64,000 nt of DNA from Euglena gracilis (lineage: Eukaryota): NCBI GenBank assembly GCA_039621445.1, contig CP154954.1, forward strand, positions 13,992,387-14,056,386, read 5' to 3'. The notes under the pieces are model-generated. The model ran no database searches, was not told where the DNA came from, and worked only from the letters and a program-made list of their open reading frames with translations. A program made the translations under genes and the position numbers. Below, one piece after another: positions 60,401 through 64,000 of this stretch (within the stretch, counting starts at the first letter, position 1; each line of letters starts with the position of its first letter).

Positions 60401-61546
60401 TTCCGAGGGCCGTCCAGCGCATCCCCCCCCCTGCACATGGGTAGACACGCACTCGCATTTATTTTAAAGCATACACACTCCCGTGCACACAAGCAGATAA
60501 ACGATAAACGCACAAACACACACAGACAAAGAAACACACATGTGTGCATAAACACACGCACGATCCTCAAACGTTGGTGGTGTCCTCCACGTTCTACAAA
60601 AGAGCTCCACATATAATCACCCTTTGAAGCTCAACCCTCGCTGCTCTTCCTCCCCCTCTTGTTTGGACCTCGCCCGGGCTCCCCCATCGAGGGACGCTGC
60701 CGGGGATGGAGCAGGTGAAGATGGTGCGGCCCGGCTATGCCATCGAATATGACTACATTCCCGCCACGCAGTGCACGCGAACCCTGCAGGCCAAGACGGT
60801 GCGCGGCCTGTACCTCGCTGGCCAGGTGTGCGGGGGCGGAATGAAAGTGGCACCTTGAATTGACCTATCCCCTGCGAAACACCAGCTCCATCACTTACCA
60901 ATTGATTTGATACACACACATATATACACATATTCATATATATGATCACATATGAATATATTAACAACGTGCATTACGAATATGTATTAACATGTATTAA
61001 TATGTTCATGCAGGTATGAATGCATAGCAATGCATTTTTTTAATATATATAATATGTATTAATATATCAATGTGTACAAATATGTTTTAATGTATATTCA
61101 TAGGTTGATAAATAATTGTATTTATATGATTTTTATTTCAAATCCAGCCCCCCCCCACAGGTGTGCGGCACGACGGGGTACGAGGAGGCGGCGGGGCAGG
61201 GCCTCGTGGCGGGGGCCAACGCCGCCCTCGCAGCGCTGGGCCGCCCAGGGGATTTAGTGAACTGGTGTTTTGCACAGGCAGAGGGGCAGACCCGGGCAGG
61301 AGGGGGGGCAGACCCGAAGGTGGGACCCCCCGCGCGATTTGTTTTCTTGGAGCATGCTCTAGATTTTGTTAAAAAAAAACGTATGCGAAGCCGCGATATT
61401 GGACCTTTTTTCCCAGTTCCCCCAAAATTTTTCCAGCGCTTTAAGCTGGAGAGTCTGTTGTGCCCCCCCCTGGTCACTCAATACCCTGTGGCCGCCCCGC
61501 GCTGGAGCTGCCGCGGGAGTCGTCGTACATCGGCACCATGGTGGAC
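46775..61546 (+). CDS. mnmG: plastid-targeted tRNA uridine-5-carboxymethylaminomethyl modification enzyme MnmG/GidA, multi-exon, 3' part beyond the window
   Basis: Exons: 46775-46967 (signal peptide [23 protein letters not shown]), 47325-~47500 (second [23 protein letters not shown]), ~50931-50981 (frame uncertain), 51560-51696 ([23 protein letters not shown]...[10 protein letters not shown]), 53843-53965 ([19 protein letters not shown]), 54176-54209, 54676-54794, 56713-56766, 57076-57175, 58079-58154 ([13 protein letters not shown]), 58455-58525, 58671-58741, 58994-59082 ([11 protein letters not shown]), 59499-59551 (FLEPEG), 59629-59674, 60692-60825 ([10 protein letters not shown]...LAGQ), 61161-61242 ([12 protein letters not shown]), 61494-~61546 ([11 protein letters not shown]). 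Confidence 0.95.
47897..48180. repeat. dispersed repeat, homologous to ~55637-55960
   Basis: Both copies share AAGGAAACGTCC...TTGAAGCCCTT...TTTTGATTTCCCCGCAA...GCCCGAGTTAC...TTTTGTACAGTTTTGGC...GACTTAGCCGTTTT. A fragment also lies at ~63045-63110. Confidence 0.85.
49310..50290. mobile_element. ~1-kb MITE with 23-bp perfect TIR, 7-bp TSD and subterminal 10-bp arrays
   Basis: CAGGGTTTCCCACTGATTCGTAC (49310-49332) is perfectly inverted at 50268-50290. TSD CACAATG at 49303-49309 and 50291-50297. (GTACGAATAA)n arrays lie at both ends. Confidence 0.92.
51697..53842 (+). other. nonconventional intron in mnmG
   Basis: Joins AAC CC|A GCC (CNPAVGG). gccCGCGGCCC pairs with GGGCAGCGatggc. Y|R at both borders. 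Confidence 0.8.
53966..54175 (+). other. nonconventional intron in mnmG
   Basis: Joins GGA CC|G GCT ([11 protein letters not shown]). ggcCAGGC...GCCTGaggtc, with CAG at +4 and CTG at -8. Confidence 0.85.
54905..56626. mobile_element. 1.7-kb hAT-like non-autonomous element
   Basis: TIR CAGACATTCATTTAGTGTGGT is perfect over 21 bp. 8-bp TSD GGGGGGAG. Subterminal TGTGGTTCACCTGTGGACACCAAAAA arrays. Confidence 0.9.
55127..55622. mobile_element. hAT-like MITE nested in 54905-56626
   Basis: Perfect 16-bp TIR CAGGGAATTTCTTAAG. Perfect 8-bp TSD GTGGTGGG (55119-55126, 55623-55630). Confidence 0.92.
56767..57075 (+). other. nonconventional intron in mnmG
   Basis: Joins GGT AC|G TTC (AGTFMNG). Perfect 9-bp stem CAGCGGCGA / TCGCCGCTG, in a 3+6 register. 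Confidence 0.8.
57176..58078 (+). other. nonconventional intron in mnmG
   Basis: Joins CTG|GGC TTC ([10 protein letters not shown]). ggaCAGGCCGGGC / GCCGGGCCTGgccga stem (9/10). Confidence 0.82.
58155..58454 (+). other. nonconventional intron in mnmG that is a TIR element with a perfect 8-bp TSD
   Basis: GATGGAGC at 58150-58157 and 58450-58457 flanks CAAACATTCACTTA...TAAGTGAATCTGTG. Removal gives [12 protein letters not shown]. Confidence 0.85.
58169..58363. mobile_element. small TIR element with ~50-bp internal tandem repeats, inside an intron
   Basis: TTACCCG-polyC-TGTCATACGACC is inverted as GGTCGTACGAC-polyG-CGGGTAA. Three CCGGTCACAGGTTGCAGG units. Related sequence at ~32860-32970. Confidence 0.7.
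58526..58670 (+). other. intermediate intron in mnmG (GT 5' end, non-AG 3' end, paired ends)
   Basis: Joins GAA CAG|ATG (EREQMLCY). CAGGG / CCCTG stem; 7 nt in total lie outside the stem. Confidence 0.7.
58742..58993 (+). other. nonconventional intron in mnmG
   Basis: Joins ACT CC|G ATC (HETPIYGG). gaaCAGGGCCCGG / CCGGACCCTGgggtg stem (9/10). Confidence 0.85.
59083..59498 (+). other. nonconventional intron in mnmG with 7/8 TSD
   Basis: Joins AGC C|AC CCA ([12 protein letters not shown]). Flanks AAGCCACC / AGGCCACC. Stem TGGCGCCGAATGG / CCATTCGACTCCG. Confidence 0.82.
59552..59628 (+). other. 77-nt nonconventional intron in mnmG
   Basis: Joins CAG|GGC ([11 protein letters not shown]). Perfect 9-bp stem CAGGGTTTG / CAAACCCTG. 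Confidence 0.85.
59675..60691 (+). other. intermediate/nonconventional intron in mnmG
   Basis: Joins C|GG ACG (LLRTLPG); the boundary can slide by 2 nt. Stem TGGGGGTCCCGG / CCGGGCTCCCCCA. Confidence 0.7.
59804..60433. mobile_element. MITE with 7-bp TSD
   Basis: CAGGGGGGAGGAATGCGC / GCGCATCCCCCCCCCTG termini. Flanks CACAGGG / CACATGG (6/7). GCGCATTTTT repeats. Confidence 0.75.
60826..61160 (+). other. GT-AG intron in mnmG flanked by an 11-bp direct repeat
   Basis: CAGGTGTGCGG at 60823-60833 and 61158-61168. Joins [11 protein letters not shown]. Confidence 0.85.
61243..61493 (+). other. nonconventional intron in mnmG with 7/8 TSD
   Basis: Joins GGC C|GC CCC ([11 protein letters not shown]). 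TIR CAGGGGATTTAGTGA / TCACTCAATACCCTG (13/15). Flanks GGGCCGCC / TGGCCGCC. Confidence 0.88.
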
Positions 61547-61939
61547 GGCCGCCGCCCTGCATGGATGGCACCAGGACCCACTGAGTCCAGAGGGGAGGGG
61601 GCGGTTGTTGTCTGAGGTTGTGACGGGGACCGGCTCACCCCCCCCCCTGCAACCCTCGCACCCGCCAATACAAGGCCCTCCTACCTCCTATTACAAAAAT
61701 CTGCGGCCGTGGTATCTGCCAATTTTTTATTCAGTACGTCAGAGTGCAAGGACAGTGGGGGGGCATCTTGCACAGGTGGGCGTGGTAGATAGAAAGCACA
61801 GGGAATCCCAGAGTGCTGGCAACACATGCTGTTTGCACTCCTGCCCTGTTTGCACACAGTGCCCTGTTGGAAGGAGGGAGTTTGATTGGGGGGTCACCCA
61901 ATTTTGTTAACTGTCTCTGGTCTCAACTGGGTTTTTAAC

Positions 61940-62464
61940 CAGGGGGCGGGGAATATGCAATTTGCATAATTTGCAGGTTTTTTTTGCATAATCAGGTTTT
62001 TCCGAAATTTGCTTTTTTTGCATTTTTTTTGCATTTTTTTGCAATAAATTTTTTTTGCATTTTTAAAATATTTTACCTTGGACAATTTTTTGTAGTTGGT
62101 CGCCATGTCATGTTTGGTCCCTCTGCAGTTGCCTGGGGTCTTTGGTACTTTCACCCTAGTAAAAGGCCGCCACTTTAATGATGTTGATGGTGACCTGGAG
62201 GGACGATTTGCTTTGCCTGAACGTGCAGGTGCCATTCGTGTTGATTTTCAAAGCTTCAGTGCTTGCCGTTGTCTTCCAGGAGGTCTTCTTTGTGAATCAT
62301 TGGCAGGTACACCGGCATTGTCACATGTTCACGGATTTTAGGCAGCAAACCTCTGTTATATTCCAGCCTTTTCTCAGGGGTTTAATGCAAGTTGCATTTT
62401 TCTGCATTTTTTTGCATTTTTTTACTTGCATAATTTGAAGGGCCAAGTTGCATATCCCCCCCTG
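61940..62464. mobile_element. MITE with 7-bp TSD
   Basis: CAGGGGGCGGGGAATATGCAA / TTGCATATCCCCCCCTG termini. TSD TTTTAAC at 61933-61939 and 62465-62471. TTTTTGCA subterminal repeats. Confidence 0.8.
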
Positions 62465-64000
62465 TTTTAACTGAGTTTTCAATTTCTTAAAATAGAAATG
62501 CTTTTCACACCAAATTGCTTTTCAGAGAAGTGGTTAATTAATTTATCAATGTTTTTGAGTACTGCTCAGATGTTTACAAGGGTGGGGGCCAGAACGATTG
62601 GCCCATTAATTTTGCAGTGGGCAAAGTTGTTTGGGGTACTGAAATGACCCCTCCCAATTAGAAGCCCCCAGGAGTTATTGTTCGGTCAGTCTGCGGAAAA
62701 CCCGAGGGGGGCTTCTAATGGGGCACCCTTGTGTGGGGCCCAAAAAACTTTCGGCGCTTCGCGTCGGGTGTAAAAAGTCAGGCTTTTTGGGCTTGTGTTG
62801 ACGTGGAAATAATTCCTTTTTATGCGCACACTCTCGGGTCCCCTGCCAGAGTTCCTCGAAGATTTCACTCTTTTTGATGCCCCCAAAGAATCCGATCCAC
62901 CTGCATTTGTGTGCTTGTGGTTGGCCAGCGCCTTGAATACGTACAGCTGCTTGGGGGAGGGGGGCTGTTATTTGGATTTTTGGCGGCGGGAAACCCGAGG
63001 GGGGGGGGGCTTCTATTTGGGGGGGTTCAACCCCCTTGTCCAATTAATTTTGCACCGTTTTGGCCTGTTTTTGACTCAGCCGTTTTTGGGTCATTTCGGG
63101 GTCAAAAATACACAAAAAAATAATACAAAAAAAATTCAAAATGTCTCCCAAATTACGGCCTATCAAAGGAAATCACTGTGTACTTGTGTAATTCTTAGCT
63201 GTAGAGGCTGCCAGGTCTACGTTCAGCTGCACGCCTACCTCCTGATATGGCCCCTTTTGGATTGTTTTGGTCTCCCAGTAAGATGGTCATTAAAACAGCC
63301 ACTGTTCGTCTCAGACTGGGGGGGCACCTATGGCGTCAATTATTGACCATGGGTTGGGGTATAGGGCCATTTTAGGCTGTTTTTGGTCCTGTTGGCTAAC
63401 TCATCACTTTAACCAGTTTGGGCATTTTGGCAATTTCCGACAACTTTTGGGCCATTTTTGGCGTTGTTGGTCATTTCTAAGGGCACTTGTGGCAATTTTT
63501 AGCCAAATTATTGCAACCTTTCGTTGTTTGTCGCAACCCTTCAGAATGCTGAGCCACGTTTTGCATTATCATCAGCCATTCTGGGTATTTTTTAACCTTT
63601 TTGGGGGGGCCCCATCGGACTGTTGCTTACCAATTACCAATGTTTGCCGTTTGGAGAATTTTTGTTTTGATTGATTTTTTTTGCGCTAACCACCACATCC
63701 TGATTTTCACGAAAGCATATCCTTTTGCACGCTTTCCTTTGCGGGGAGAGGGGGCAAAGTGGACGGTTACTTTTCGGCATTCTCCCTGGCAAAGATATTT
63801 GTGCCTGAAAACTTTAACCCCCCCCTCCAAAATGACCCCAAAACCCAGGACCCCAAAAGAAGGCATGTACTCATTTTGGGCGGGATTTTTTTTAGGGCAC
63901 CTTAAAGTCAGGTTGGTGGGTCATTTTTCAAAAAGCACCAACACACCGGGCGTGCCGAACCCATGGCCCAGGGCTGTGCGGGAAGCCCCGAAATCATATG

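Noticed and set aside
51560-61546. Bacterial contamination or a fragmented gidA pseudogene
   Set aside because: The fragments are collinear, stop-free and join in frame at paired-end junctions, with a eukaryotic targeting presequence upstream.

Overview
Eukaryotic nuclear DNA, almost certainly from a photosynthetic euglenid (Euglena-like). The evidence is non-GT-AG introns with paired ends, a two-membrane-domain plastid presequence and TTAGGG repeats. The ORF track is mostly noise; the real genes are split into short exons. Two + strand genes can be assembled by hand. One is a complete Ufd2/UBE4-type U-box E4 ubiquitin ligase (16902-43677, about 33 exons, mostly GT/GC-AG introns). The other is a plastid-targeted, cyanobacterial/green-type MnmG/GidA tRNA-modifying enzyme (46775 to at least 61546, continuing past the window), whose introns are mostly nonconventional. 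A third, unidentified gene may lie at about 4.4-13.9 kb. Introns and intergenic DNA are full of short non-autonomous DNA transposons (MITEs) with CAG...CTG termini and 8-bp or 7-bp target-site duplications (TSDs), some nested three deep, plus microsatellites. The main observation is that ten nonconventional introns are cut 3 nt before and 5 nt after their terminal stem (3+5 = 8 nt). Several keep 8-bp direct repeats, from perfect to decayed. They therefore look like hAT-type MITE insertions that splicing removes together with exactly one TSD copy, an introner-like system seen at several ages. All exon and intron boundaries are inferred from reading frame and protein homology, not from transcripts.
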